Positions 19,549-29,096 of a stretch of 64,000 nucleotides of DNA are shown here, in pieces. The stretch's first letter is position 1. Every line of letters begins with the position of its first letter. Both the position numbers and the translations under genes were made by a program. Source of the DNA: Planctomicrobium piriforme (GTDB lineage Bacteria > Planctomycetota > Planctomycetia > Pirellulales > UBA1268); the NCBI GenBank assembly GCA_945869735.1, contig CAMBPQ010000003.1, positions 4,076-68,075 of the forward strand, read 5' to 3'. A model generated the notes under the pieces. It worked only from the letters and a program-made list of their open reading frames with translations, ran no database searches and was not told where the DNA came from.

Positions 19549-19650
19549 TCGTTGCTCGAGGCGAGCATGTCACCCCCGGCGAACCAATCCGGCACCGTAT
19601 CGATGCCACCCGTATTCCCCCCGCTGGCGCTGAGGGCTTCCGTGCGGGCG
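19549..19650. repeat. Mosaic of a family C unit (19561-19598) and a degenerate family B unit (19613-19648)
   Basis: GGCGAGCATGTCACCCCCGGCGAACCAATCCGGCACCG is the reverse complement of 54109-54148. ATTCCCCCCGCTGGCGCTGAGGGCTTCCGTGCGGG resembles the B core. Confidence 0.6.
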
Positions 19651-19655
19651 GCTCG

Positions 19656-21194
19656 TCACCCACCCGTCCGCGGCCGATGGATCGGGAACAGAATCACGTC
19701 GCGGATGCTCGGTGCCGCGGTGAGAAACATCACCAGCCGGTCGATGCCAATGCCAAGGCCGCCGGCCGGTGGCATCCCGTGACGCAAGGCGCGGATAAAG
19801 TCGGTGTCCATCTGGGCCATCGATTCGTCGGCCGAGAGTCCTGCAAGCTGCGTGCGGAAGAGTTGCTCCTGCAAGTCTGGGTCGTTGAGCTCGGTGTAGG
19901 CGTTGGCCAGTTCCATGCCCGCGACATAGAGCTCGAACCGCTCGGCGACGTGGGGCTGACCCACCTTCCGCTTCGTCAGCGGACAGATCGATGCCGGATA
20001 ATCGATCACGAATACGGGGCCATCGAGCGTCTGTTCGACCTTCGCCTCGAAGAGGTCGCTTTTGACCACGTCCGGATGCCGTCCAGCCGTCTCGACGCCA
20101 GCAGCGGCGGCCGCCGTGGCGACGCTCGCTGGATCCGTGGGGTCGCAGCCGGTCACATCACGGAGCAGGTCGTCGTATTTCGCCCGCCGGAACGGCGGCG
20201 TGAGGTCGATCATGCGGCCCATCCATTCAAACCGCATGGGCGTGCCCGCAGCCTGTCCCGCCTCTATGAGGATTGCCTCGGTGAGATCCATCATCGTGCC
20301 GTAATCGCCGTAGGCCTCGTAGGCCTCGAGCATCGTGAACTCAGGATTGTGCCGGGGGCTCACGCCCTCGTTACGGTAGACACGGCCGAGTTCGAAGACA
20401 CGTTCCATGCCGCCGACGAGCAGCCGCTTGAGATGGAGCTCGAGCGCGATCCGCAGCACCAGCGGCATATCGAGGGCGTTATGGTGTGTCTTGAACGGCC
20501 GTGCCGCGGCACCGCCGGCGCTCTCCTGAAGCGTCGGCCCCTCCACCTCGAGGTAGCCCCGCGACGTGAGCACGCGGCGAACGGTCTCCACGATTTTGCT
20601 GCGGGCGACGAACCGTTCGCGAACACCTTCGCCATGAATGAGGTCGAGATACCGCATCCGCTGGCGGAGGTCTGTGTCGACCAGCCCGTGGTACTTGTCA
20701 GGGGGCGTCTCCAGCGACTTGGTGAGAAACTCGAGGTGCGAGACGAAGATCGTCATCTCGCCGGACTTCGAGTAGCCGAGCCGACCGTCGACACCGATGA
20801 GGTCGCCGAGGTCGAGGCAGTCCACGATCTTCCAGGCATCCGGGCCAACCTGCTTCTTGCCGAGCATGAGTTGGATGCGGCCAGTGCGATCGTGGAGTTC
20901 GATGAACACGAGGCTGCCGGCGCTCCTGAGCAGCATGATCCGCCCGGCCACACGGACAGCCGGCCCGGTCTCGCTCGTCGTGTCGAGCGATTCGCCCTCC
21001 GCCCGCACGATCGCGACCGATGTCATGCCGTCGAATCGCCTGCCCCAGGGATCGATCCCAAGAGCCACGAGGCGGTCCAACTTGTCGCGGCGCGCTTTCT
21101 CGAGCGCTGCACCGGTGCCGGTGGACGGCGTGGCGACGCCAGGGCTGGGAACGGGGGAGGCCGGCTGGCGGGTCGATTCGGGCGAGTCGTGCAT
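19656..21194 (-). CDS. lysS: Lysine--tRNA ligase (class II)
   Basis: OB-fold N-terminal domain, RYLDLI, VFELGRVYRNEG, and C-terminal GMPPAGGLGIGIDRLVM. Confidence 0.95.
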   Translation of the reverse strand: MHDSPESTRQPASPVPSPGVATPSTGTGAALEKARRDKLDRLVALGIDPWGRRFDGMTSVAIVRAEGESLDTTSETGPAVRVAGRIMLLRSAGSLVFIELHDRTGRIQLMLGKKQVGPDAWKIVDCLDLGDLIGVDGRLGYSKSGEMTIFVSHLEFLTKSLETPPDKYHGLVDTDLRQRMRYLDLIHGEGVRERFVARSKIVETVRRVLTSRGYLEVEGPTLQESAGGAAARPFKTHHNALDMPLVLRIALELHLKRLLVGGMERVFELGRVYRNEGVSPRHNPEFTMLEAYEAYGDYGTMMDLTEAILIEAGQAAGTPMRFEWMGRMIDLTPPFRRAKYDDLLRDVTGCDPTDPASVATAAAAAGVETAGRHPDVVKSDLFEAKVEQTLDGPVFVIDYPASICPLTKRKVGQPHVAERFELYVAGMELANAYTELNDPDLQEQLFRTQLAGLSADESMAQMDTDFIRALRHGMPPAGGLGIGIDRLVMFLTAAPSIRDVILFPIHRPRTGG

Positions 21195-21343
21195 GCGAGA
21201 GTTGGGAGTGCGAAAGGGCGGGAAACTGGCGCGGCTGGCGCCACGCTGTCCGGGGATTGTCGGCTCTGGGGCCAGTTTGGAGAAGGTGCCTTTGCCGGCC
21301 GCACGGCTACACTGCGGCGAAAAGCCCGCCGGAAGCGTTGCCG

Positions 21344-21727
21344 ATGACCCATTCCATCCTGCCGCGACCGTCGCTCTTCAGTGTCGAACTCCGCACGGCG
21401 CGGTGGCCGACGCTCGTAGATTGGTACCGCGATGCCCTCGGGCTCAAGGTGCTCGTCCGCGTGCTCGACGACGAATATGCCCTCCTCGAGGCGGGTGACA
21501 CGCGGTTGGCTATCCTCGGCCGCGCGTCGGCCGGCGAGGCCAGCGGCCGCTGGAGCCTTGGCTTTGAGGTGCCTGACGTCGTGGTCGCCCGCGAACGGCT
21601 TCTCGGCATGGCGATGACCGTCGGCGAACCGACCATCCATCCCGAGGGATTTCACGAACTCCGCGTCGTCGATCCTGACGGCAACCGGCTCCGTCTCTTC
21701 GCCTGGGCCCTGGGGCATCACGCGTGA
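21344..21727 (+). CDS. VOC (glyoxalase/bleomycin-resistance/dioxygenase) family protein
   Basis: ~127 aa, with ...WYRDALGL.V......YALLE.G...L.L and a C-terminal DPDGNRLRLF pattern. Confidence 0.65.
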   Translation: MTHSILPRPSLFSVELRTARWPTLVDWYRDALGLKVLVRVLDDEYALLEAGDTRLAILGRASAGEASGRWSLGFEVPDVVVARERLLGMAMTVGEPTIHPEGFHELRVVDPDGNRLRLFAWALGHHA

Positions 21728-22278
21728 ACGAGCCGACGACATCCGCGCTCATCGGAATCCTGACGGTCTCCGATCGTGCCAGCCGTGGGGAGTATGCCGA
21801 CGAGGGTGGCCCCGCGATCCGCGACTACCTCCGCGAGGTGCTGGCAAGCCCGTGGGAGCCCCGTGAGCGGATCGTACCGGACGACCTCGACACGATCGCC
21901 GCCGCGATTCGTGACCTCGCCGCCGATGGCTGCTGCCTCGTGGTGACGACCGGCGGCACGGGCCCAGCGCTCCGCGACGTTACTCCTGAGGCGACGGAGA
22001 GGGTCTGCACGCGGATGCTGCCGGGCTTTGGCGAACTGATGCGGCAGGCGTCGCTGAGGCATGTGCCGACGGCGATCCTGTCGCGGCAGACGGCAGGCGT
22101 GTGCGGCAACGCCCTGGTTGTGAACCTCCCCGGTCGGCCCCGGAGCATCCGCCAGTGCCTCGACGCCGTGTTCCCGGCGATCCCCTACTGCATCGACCTG
22201 ATCCACACTGGCCACTCGTCGCCACCGCGGCTTGAGACGAACCCCGCCCGGCTCGTCGCCTTTCGCCCGCAGGGATGA
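21724..22278 (+). CDS. mogA: Molybdopterin adenylyltransferase / MoCF_biosynth domain protein
   Basis: IGILTVSDRASRGEYADEGGPAI...LVVTTGGTGPALRDVTPEAT...LPGFGE..R. GTG start overlapping the upstream stop (GTGA). Confidence 0.8.
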   Translation: MNEPTTSALIGILTVSDRASRGEYADEGGPAIRDYLREVLASPWEPRERIVPDDLDTIAAAIRDLAADGCCLVVTTGGTGPALRDVTPEATERVCTRMLPGFGELMRQASLRHVPTAILSRQTAGVCGNALVVNLPGRPRSIRQCLDAVFPAIPYCIDLIHTGHSSPPRLETNPARLVAFRPQG

Positions 22279-22339
22279 TCGCGGAGGTGACGTTCCGTGC
22301 ACAGGAATACGGGCCGCGACTGTGGGCGCGGTGCGGAAC

Positions 22340-22610
22340 CCGTTGAGAAACAACCCGTATTCCCCGCGCTCGCGCTTGGGGCTTCCTGTCGGGAGGTACA
22401 TCTCCCGATCGTGAGGCGCCCTCAAGAAGCCCGAAGCGCAAGCGACGGGAAAGCGGGTGGCGGGCGAGGTGGTGGTGGGGAGCGGGTTGGGGTGGTGGGC
22501 GCATTCCCCGCGCTCGCGCTTGGGGCTTCCTGTCGGGAACGAACGCCCACATAGATCGCGACCGTAGGGCGCACGCCGTTGGGATTCCTGACGGGAGGCG
22601 CCACCCAACT
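22340..22610. repeat. Cluster of family B units in both orientations
   Basis: ATTCCCCGCGCTCGCGCTTGGGGCTTCCTGTCGGGA occurs at 22358-22395 and 22502-22538. An inverted degenerate unit lies at 22423-22460. The GGTTGGGGTGGTGGGCG tail matches 55050-55070 and 59710-59730 in reverse complement. Confidence 0.75.
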
Positions 22611-22615
22611 CAAGG

Positions 22616-23641
22616 TCAGCCCTGCACCACCCGCGCGATCTCGGGGGCGAAGTAGGTGAGGATGCCGTCAGCGCCGGCCCGCTTGATCACCAGCACGCTC
22701 TCGAGCGCCGCCTTTGCGCCGTCGAGCCAGCCGTTGTCGGCAGCGGCCTTGATCATCGCGTACTCGCCGCTCACCTGGTAGGCGAAGGTTGGCACGCCGA
22801 AGGTGGTCTTCACGCGGTGGATGATGTCGAGCGACGTGCCGGCCGGCTTCACCATCACCATGTCGGCCCCCTCGGCGATATCAAGCGCCACCTCGCGGAG
22901 GGCCTCGTCGACGTTGGCTGGGTCCATCTGGTAGGTCTTCTTGTCGCCCACGCCCCGGCCCGCCGCCGTGCCGAGCGCCGCTGAACTGCCGACGGCGTCG
23001 CGGAACGGGCCGTAGAAGGCCGAGGCATATTTCGCCGCGTAGGCGAGGATGCAGACATCGTCATGGTCCGCCTCGTCGAGCGCCATGCGGATCGAGCCCA
23101 CGCGGCCGTCCATCATGTCGGAGGGGGCGACGACGTCGCAGCCGGCGGCGGCGAGCACCACCGCCTGCCGGCAGAGCACCTCGACTGTCTCGTCATTGAG
23201 GATCCGCCCGTCTCGCAGCAGGCCGTCGTGACCGTGGCTCGTGTAGGGGTCGAGGGCCACGTCGCAGACGATGCCCAGGGCATCGCCAAACTCCTGCTTC
23301 ACCGCGCGGACCGTGCGGCAGGCGAGGTTGTTGGGATCGCAGGCATGGGCCGCGTCGTCCGTCTTAAGCGCTGGCTCGACCACTGGAAAGATCGCGATCG
23401 CCGGGATGCCGAGCCGGAGCGCCTCGCCCGCGGTACGGACGACGCCTTCGATCGGCAGTCGCTCCACGCCCGGCATGCTCGTCACCGGCGCCGCGGCCTC
23501 GTGGGCGTGCACAAAGAGCGGCCAGACGAGGTCGGCAGTCGAGAGCGTGGTCTCGGCGACGGCACGCCTGAGCCACTCGTGCCGCCGCGTGCGGCGGAGC
23601 CGCGTGTCGGGAAACCGGCCGGGATAGGCATGCTGTGACAT
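22616..23641 (-). CDS. hemB: Porphobilinogen synthase (delta-aminolevulinic acid dehydratase)
   Basis: RLRRTRR..W.R....E..L...DL..PLFV, DVALDPYT.HGHDG, MVKPA. The start overlaps the queD stop (TGATG). Confidence 0.95.
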   Translation of the reverse strand: MSQHAYPGRFPDTRLRRTRRHEWLRRAVAETTLSTADLVWPLFVHAHEAAAPVTSMPGVERLPIEGVVRTAGEALRLGIPAIAIFPVVEPALKTDDAAHACDPNNLACRTVRAVKQEFGDALGIVCDVALDPYTSHGHDGLLRDGRILNDETVEVLCRQAVVLAAAGCDVVAPSDMMDGRVGSIRMALDEADHDDVCILAYAAKYASAFYGPFRDAVGSSAALGTAAGRGVGDKKTYQMDPANVDEALREVALDIAEGADMVMVKPAGTSLDIIHRVKTTFGVPTFAYQVSGEYAMIKAAADNGWLDGAKAALESVLVIKRAGADGILTYFAPEIARVVQG

Positions 23642-24153
23642 CAGTTCCTCGTATCGACGATGACGGCCGAGCCGATCGGCATAGGCGACGTGCCGGGCCG
23701 ACCGACGAGTGTGGCGACCGCGCAGGCCTCGTCGGTCTCCCAGAGGCTCACGCGGCGGGCCACGACGCCCAAGCCCGTGAGCACGTGCGGCGCGACCACC
23801 TCGAGCAGATAACGGGCCATGTTCTCGGCGGTGGGGTTCCAGGGCAACACAAAATACTTGGTCGGCTCCGCCACGCGGACCGCCGCGAGCGTTGTCTCGT
23901 CCTTCTCGAAGAGGATAAACGCATGGTCCCAGTGCTCGTCGAGCCAGCCGAGCATCCGCTTCTTGATCAACGAGAAGTCGACGACACGGCCGACCGTATC
24001 GACCTCCGCGCCGCCCCCCACGGCCTCAACCTCGATGTCGACGCGATAGTTGTGGCCGTGAAGAAAGGCGCAGCGGCCCTCGTGGCCGTAGAGACGGTGC
24101 CCGGCACAGAACGAGAGTTGGCGGACGAGCGAAAGATGGGTGGACTGGCTCAT
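23641..24153 (-). CDS. queD: 6-carboxy-5,6,7,8-tetrahydropterin synthase / 6-pyruvoyl-tetrahydropterin synthase family
   Basis: FCAGHRLYGHEGRCAFLHGHNY.V.I.V is the zinc-binding His pattern of PTPS/QueD. Confidence 0.8.
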   Translation of the reverse strand: MSQSTHLSLVRQLSFCAGHRLYGHEGRCAFLHGHNYRVDIEVEAVGGGAEVDTVGRVVDFSLIKKRMLGWLDEHWDHAFILFEKDETTLAAVRVAEPTKYFVLPWNPTAENMARYLLEVVAPHVLTGLGVVARRVSLWETDEACAVATLVGRPGTSPMPIGSAVIVDTRN

Positions 24154-24213
24154 GAAGCTCTCAATGACCGCTGCTGACTGATGTCGCCGGGAGCGGTGGC
24201 GCGTCGGAGATCG

Positions 24214-25038
24214 TCAGCTCGCCGTCTCCACGCGGATCGGCTTGATGTCGAACTTCGGGTTCTGGCCGAGGAATCGGCAGGGATTGTTGTGGAAGACCTC
24301 GATCGCTTCCTGGAGCGAGTGGCCGCGACGGCGGTACTCCAAGACGCACTCCTGGAGCGTGAAGGGGTCGCTCGGGCCCCAGTCGGCAGAGGAGTTGACG
24401 AGGATCCGCTCCGTGCCGTACTTCTCGAGCAGATCGACGGCCCGCTTCGGCGAGCACTTGGTGATGGGATAGAGCGTGAAGCCGACCCAGTAACCGGCGT
24501 CGAGGCAGGGCCGGATCGTCTGCTCCTCGACGTGGTCGATCCAGACCCGGTCGCGGTCAACGTTCATCCCGGCGAGCACCTCGAGCACCCGCTTCGTGCC
24601 ATGGGCCTTGTCGGCGAGGTGCGGCGTGTGGATCAGCACGAGCTGCCCGTGCTTCATCGCGATCTCGACATGGGCCTCGAGTGAGCTGCATTCATTCTTC
24701 GACGACTTGTGCAGGCCGGTCTCGCCGACGCCGAGCACCGTCGGCTTCGCGAAAAACTCGGGGAAGGATTTGAGGACCTCGCGGGTGAGCGTCGTGTTCT
24801 CAGCCTCTTTCGGGTTCACGGCCACCCAGGAGAAGTGGCGGATGCCGTACTGGGCCGCCCGCGTCGGCTCGAACTCCGAGATCTGCCGGAAGTAGTCGAT
24901 GAAGGTTTCGGGATAGAGGCGGTCGAAGCCTGCCCAGAAGGCCGGCTCGGCGACGGCCACGACGCCGCTCATCGCCATCCGCTCGTAGTCCTGCGCCGTC
25001 CGCGCGATCGCATGGTAGTGGGGCTGGATGATCTGCAT
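24214..25038 (-). CDS. TatD-family metal-dependent hydrolase
   Basis: IQPHYHA at the N-terminus, GVGETGLH, LIHTPH, and a C-terminal NSSADWG pattern typical of TatD-related amidohydrolase-fold proteins. Confidence 0.6.
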   Translation of the reverse strand: MQIIQPHYHAIARTAQDYERMAMSGVVAVAEPAFWAGFDRLYPETFIDYFRQISEFEPTRAAQYGIRHFSWVAVNPKEAENTTLTREVLKSFPEFFAKPTVLGVGETGLHKSSKNECSSLEAHVEIAMKHGQLVLIHTPHLADKAHGTKRVLEVLAGMNVDRDRVWIDHVEEQTIRPCLDAGYWVGFTLYPITKCSPKRAVDLLEKYGTERILVNSSADWGPSDPFTLQECVLEYRRRGHSLQEAIEVFHNNPCRFLGQNPKFDIKPIRVETAS

Positions 25039-25081
25039 ACGGGTGATTCCTCCGAGTGCCCGGCGCCGCCGGACGGGAACG

Positions 25082-25330
25082 TTAGGCGCGGGCGAAGAGT
25101 TCAAGCAGGGCTACGGTTCGCTCCTGCGTCGGGCCCTGCTCCCGGAGAACGCCCAGGGCCTCGCGGAGGACCGCGAGCTTCGCCTCCGCAGCCGTCCCCC
25201 GGCCGTTGCCAGGGTGGCCTCCGGAACGGGCCTCAGCGGCGTCATACCTGTCGAGCAGCGCGGCGATTTCGAGAAGCATGTGCCGGGCTTCGAGGAAATA
25301 CGTGTCAACGACCTGCTCGGGCGACAGCAT
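25082..25330 (-). CDS. Small helical hypothetical protein
   Basis: 82-aa ORF immediately upstream of, and co-oriented with, the TatD-like gene. Composition is coding-like but no motif was recognised. Confidence 0.35.
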   Translation of the reverse strand: MLSPEQVVDTYFLEARHMLLEIAALLDRYDAAEARSGGHPGNGRGTAAEAKLAVLREALGVLREQGPTQERTVALLELFARA

Positions 25331-25474
25331 CGGGAAACCTGTGCGGGGGATGCGGCTGGATGGGACGAACTGGCCATCTCAGGTACATAATAGCCTCCAT
25401 CCAGTGGCATGTCCGGTAGCACACCCCTCAGGATGGTCTTCGCCGGGCCCCAAATCACGAAACCGTCAGCACCC

Positions 25475-26533
25475 ATGATCCTCGTCACCGGCGGGGCCGG
25501 CTTCATCGGCTCAAACTTCGTGATCGACTGGCTCGGCGCCTCTGACGAGCCCGTGGTGAATCTCGATAAGCTCACCTACGCGGGGAATGTCAGGAACCTC
25601 GACTGCCTCGCCGGCGACCCGCGGCACCGCTTCGTCCGGGGCGACATCGCCGACCAGCGCCTCGTCGAGAGCCTGCTCTCCGAGCACCGGATTCGGGCGA
25701 TCGTCCATTTTGCGGCCGAGAGCCATGTCGACCGCTCGATCCATGGTCCCGCCGACTTCGTCGACACCAACATCGTGGGCACGTTCAGGCTCCTCGAGGC
25801 GGCCCGGGCCTATTGGACAGCACTCGCTCCGGCCGACCGTGAAGCTTTTCGCTTCCTCCATGTCTCGACCGACGAGGTCTTCGGCACGCTCGGCGCCGAT
25901 GATCCCCCGTTTGCGGAGACAAACCAGTACCTGCCCAACAGCCCCTACGCCGCCAGCAAGGCCGCATCGGACCATCTCGTCCGCGGCCACCACCACACCT
26001 ATGGCCTACCGGTGCTCACGACCAACTGCTCCAACAACTACGGGCCCTGGCAGTTTCCCGAAAAGCTCATTCCGCTCATCATCGCCAACGCCCTCGCCGG
26101 CAAGCCGCTGCCGATCTACGGTGACGGCCGCCAGATCCGCGACTGGCTCTCTGTCGGCGACCACTGTGCGGCGATCCGCCGCGTGCTCGAGGCGGGCAGA
26201 CCTGGAGAGGTCTACTGCGTTGGCGGCTCGAGCGAGAAGGCCAACATCGATGTCGTGCAGACGCTCTGCGGCATCCTCGACACGGAGCGTCCGCGGACGG
26301 ATGGCTCGCCCTATGCGTCGCTGATCACGTTCGTGAAGGATCGGCCGGGCCACGACCGTCGCTACGCAATCGACGCCCGGAAGATCACGGCTGAGCTCGG
26401 CTGGACGCCGGCGGAGACGTTTGCGACAGGCATGCGGCACACGGTCCGCTGGTACCTCGACCATCAGGACTGGGTCGCCGATGTGACCAGCGGCGGCTAC
26501 CGGGAATGGGTCGCGAAACATTACGCCTCCTGA
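25475..26533 (+). CDS. rfbB: dTDP-glucose 4,6-dehydratase
   Basis: MILVTGGAGFIGSNF, YAASKAASDHLV, and C-terminal DRPGHDRRYAID. Confidence 0.95.
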   Translation: MILVTGGAGFIGSNFVIDWLGASDEPVVNLDKLTYAGNVRNLDCLAGDPRHRFVRGDIADQRLVESLLSEHRIRAIVHFAAESHVDRSIHGPADFVDTNIVGTFRLLEAARAYWTALAPADREAFRFLHVSTDEVFGTLGADDPPFAETNQYLPNSPYAASKAASDHLVRGHHHTYGLPVLTTNCSNNYGPWQFPEKLIPLIIANALAGKPLPIYGDGRQIRDWLSVGDHCAAIRRVLEAGRPGEVYCVGGSSEKANIDVVQTLCGILDTERPRTDGSPYASLITFVKDRPGHDRRYAIDARKITAELGWTPAETFATGMRHTVRWYLDHQDWVADVTSGGYREWVAKHYAS

Positions 26534-27456
26534 TGCCTCCTACCACGACGCGACTACCGAGGATCGTTCTGCTGGGCGCGAGTGGCCAAGTGGGCCGCGA
26601 ACTGCGTGGACCCCTCGCCGCCTGTGGCGAAGTACTGGCCTGCGACCGCCGCCTAGCCGACCTCGAACGGCCCGAGGGCGTGGTCGCTCTCCTCCAACGG
26701 GAGCGGCCGGACGTGATCGTCAACGCCGCCGCCTACACGGCCGTCGACCGCGCCGAGTCGGAGCCTGACCACGCCCGGCTCGTCAACGCCACGGCTGTTG
26801 GCTTGGTCGCGGCGGAGGCGGCGCGGTCGGGCGCGATGCTCGTCCACTACTCGACCGACTACGTCTTCGACGGCCTGAAGGTGGGCTCGTACGCCGAAAC
26901 CGATGAGCCGCATCCGCTTTCCGTCTACGGGGCCACGAAGCTTGCAGGAGAGCGGGCGATCGCAGCCGCCGGCTGTCGCCACTGGATTTTCCGCACGACC
27001 TGGGTCTACGCGGCCGAGGGCCACAACTTCGTCCGCACGATGCTCCGTCTGGCGCGGCAGCGCGACGAACTGCGGGTGGTCGACGACCAGTTCGGGGCGC
27101 CGACACCCGCGGGCCTGATCGCCGATGTGACAGCGGCCTTCGTCGGCCGGCTCGCGGAGCCCACCGCGGCGCCGAACGATGGCCTCTACCATCTCGCCCC
27201 ACACGGCGAGACCACGTGGTGTGGCTTTGCCCGGTTGGTGCTGGCGACAGCTCGTGCGCAGGGCCTCACCCTGCGGTGCGGTCCCGAACAGGTGCGGGCG
27301 ATCGCCACCGCCGACTACCCGCTGCCTGCGCAGCGGCCCGCCAATTCCCGCCTCTGCACGGCCAAGCTTGAGGCCGCTCTCGGCAAGATGCTCCCGGGCT
27401 GGCAGGATGGTTTGGCTCCCGTTGTTGCGGATCTCGCCGCGAAATCCACTTTCTGA
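26533..27456 (+). CDS. rfbD: dTDP-4-dehydrorhamnose reductase
   Basis: LLGASGQVGREL, VNAAAYTAVDRAE, YGATKLAGE, and ATWVYA-like blocks. The ATG overlaps the rfbB TGA. Confidence 0.9.
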   Translation: MPPTTTRLPRIVLLGASGQVGRELRGPLAACGEVLACDRRLADLERPEGVVALLQRERPDVIVNAAAYTAVDRAESEPDHARLVNATAVGLVAAEAARSGAMLVHYSTDYVFDGLKVGSYAETDEPHPLSVYGATKLAGERAIAAAGCRHWIFRTTWVYAAEGHNFVRTMLRLARQRDELRVVDDQFGAPTPAGLIADVTAAFVGRLAEPTAAPNDGLYHLAPHGETTWCGFARLVLATARAQGLTLRCGPEQVRAIATADYPLPAQRPANSRLCTAKLEAALGKMLPGWQDGLAPVVADLAAKSTF

Positions 27457-27474
27457 CCAGACTCGACTCCCGGC

Positions 27475-28362
27475 ATGCAGACACGCAAAGGCATCATTCT
27501 CGCCGGCGGCTCGGGCTCGCGGCTCCATCCGGTCACGCTCGCCGTCTCGAAGCAGCTGATGCCGGTCTACGACAAGCCGATGATCTACTACCCCCTGAGC
27601 GTACTCATGCTCGCGGGCGTCCGTGAGATCCTCGTGATCTCCACGCCACAGGACACGCCGCGGTTCCGCGACCTGCTCGGCGACGGCGCCGCCTGGGGCA
27701 TCGACATCCGCTATGCGGTGCAGCCGAGCCCCGACGGCCTGGCGCAGGCGTTCATCATCGGTGCCGACTTCGTGGGATCCGGGCCGTCGGTACTCGTGCT
27801 CGGAGACAACATCTTCTATGGCCATGGCCTCGGCCGGCGGCTCACGGCGGCGAGTGGCCAGGCGGCCGGGGCCACGGTGTTTGCCTATCCCGTCGCCGAT
27901 CCCGAGCGATATGGCGTCGTCGAGTTTGGTGCGGACGGGCGGGCCAAGTCGCTCGCGGAGAAGCCGCCGGATCCCCGCAGCCGCTACGCCGTCACGGGGC
28001 TCTACTTCTACGACGAGCAGGTGGTCGATATCGCGCGGCACATGAAGCCAAGCCCACGCGGCGAACTGGAGATCACCGACGTCAACCGGGTCTACCTCGA
28101 CCGCGGCCAACTCGACGTGCAGGTGATGGGCCGCGGCGACGCCTGGCTCGACACCGGCACGCACGACAGCCTGCTCGAGGCCGGGCAGTTCATCCAGTCG
28201 CTGGAGAAGCGGCAGGGGCTCAAGATCTGCTGCCCTGAGGAGATCGCCTGGCGAAACGGCTGGATCGACGGCGACCAACTCGAACGGCTCGCAGCCCCGC
28301 TGGCCAAGAGCGGCTACGGGCGTTATCTCCTCGAACTGAAGCGCGAGGCGGACCGGGCATGA
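27475..28362 (+). CDS. rfbA: Glucose-1-phosphate thymidylyltransferase
   Basis: [49 protein letters not shown]. Confidence 0.95.
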   Translation: MQTRKGIILAGGSGSRLHPVTLAVSKQLMPVYDKPMIYYPLSVLMLAGVREILVISTPQDTPRFRDLLGDGAAWGIDIRYAVQPSPDGLAQAFIIGADFVGSGPSVLVLGDNIFYGHGLGRRLTAASGQAAGATVFAYPVADPERYGVVEFGADGRAKSLAEKPPDPRSRYAVTGLYFYDEQVVDIARHMKPSPRGELEITDVNRVYLDRGQLDVQVMGRGDAWLDTGTHDSLLEAGQFIQSLEKRQGLKICCPEEIAWRNGWIDGDQLERLAAPLAKSGYGRYLLELKREADRA

Positions 28363-28907
28363 ACGTGACGACCGTGTCCATTCCCGGTGTGCTCGTGATC
28401 GAGCCGAGAGTCTACGAAGACGACCGTGGGCACTTCTTCGAAAGCTTCAACCACGCCGCCTTCGAGCGGGCGATCGGCAGCGACGTCCGCTTCGTGCAGG
28501 ACAACCAGAGTTTCAGCAAGGCGAACGTGCTCCGGGGCCTGCACTACCAGGTCGACCAGCCGCAGGGAAAGCTTGTCCGCGCGATCCAGGGCGCGATCTA
28601 CGACGTGGCGGTCGACATCCGCCCCGACTCGCCAACCTATGGAACGTGGGTCGGCGTCGAACTGTCGGCCGACAACTGCCGCCAGCTCTGGATTCCCGCG
28701 GGGCTGGCCCATGGGTTTCTCGTGCGATCCACCACGGCGGAGGTCCTCTACAAGACGACCGATTACTACGCCCCCGCAGCGGAGCGGTGCATCCTCTGGA
28801 ACGATCCCACGATCGCGATCGCCTGGCCGCTCAAGGGCGAGCCGGTCGTGTCGCTGAAGGACCGGCAGGGTACGACGTTCGCACCCGTGGCTCCACGGCC
28901 TGCCTGA
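28359..28907 (+). CDS. rfbC: dTDP-4-dehydrorhamnose 3,5-epimerase
   Basis: [23 protein letters not shown]...RGLHYQ...KLVR...[10 protein letters not shown], and GFAHGF-like LAHGF. Confidence 0.95.
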   Translation: MNVTTVSIPGVLVIEPRVYEDDRGHFFESFNHAAFERAIGSDVRFVQDNQSFSKANVLRGLHYQVDQPQGKLVRAIQGAIYDVAVDIRPDSPTYGTWVGVELSADNCRQLWIPAGLAHGFLVRSTTAEVLYKTTDYYAPAAERCILWNDPTIAIAWPLKGEPVVSLKDRQGTTFAPVAPRPA

Positions 28908-28981
28908 CACGCGGTTCTCAGGAAGCCCACCGGCTTGAACCGTGGGGGCTGCGCGAGAATCACTTTGGGGTGCTGATTTTC

Positions 28982-29009
28982 TTGACTTGCGGCCCGCCAC
29001 GGGTACGGT
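28982..29009 (+). promoter_or_regulatory. Candidate sigma70-like promoter (TTGACT-16 nt-TACGGT) upstream of the large glycan-assembly gene
   Basis: Hexamers read directly from the sequence. Promoter consensus in this phylum is poorly defined, so this is tentative. Confidence 0.2.
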
Positions 29010-29096
29010 TGAACGGAGCGTTTGCTTGAGCCTGCCCATCTCGCCGCGAACTTCCGGGCTCTTGTCCGAGGTACCTCGGCCGCACGAAGCGACGAC

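Noticed and set aside
19410-21347. 645-aa plus-strand ORF
   Set aside because: It is entirely antisense to lysS, which has unmistakable class II LysRS motifs, and it starts inside a repeat. It is a GC-driven shadow ORF. The same reasoning applies to 26653-28278 (antisense to rfbD/rfbA), 28323-29618, 30567-31826, 36463-37827, 41930-43183, 49946-51151 (antisense to groEL), 60916-62184 and the many 60-250-aa ORFs overlapping annotated genes.
22340-22610. Regularly recurring ~36-bp units considered as a possible CRISPR array (also 54100-55190 and 59600-59750)
   Set aside because: The units occur in both orientations and vary in spacing and sequence. They have no unique spacers of constant length, no leader and no cas genes. 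They are dispersed across many loci, behaving as interspersed REP-like repeats.
25413-25420. CCGGTAGC upstream of rfbB, resembling the ops/JUMPstart element (GGCGGTAG) that recruits RfaH to polysaccharide operons
   Set aside because: There are two mismatches in an 8-mer, RfaH/ops is an enterobacterial paradigm, and there is no supporting JUMPstart context. It is most likely chance.
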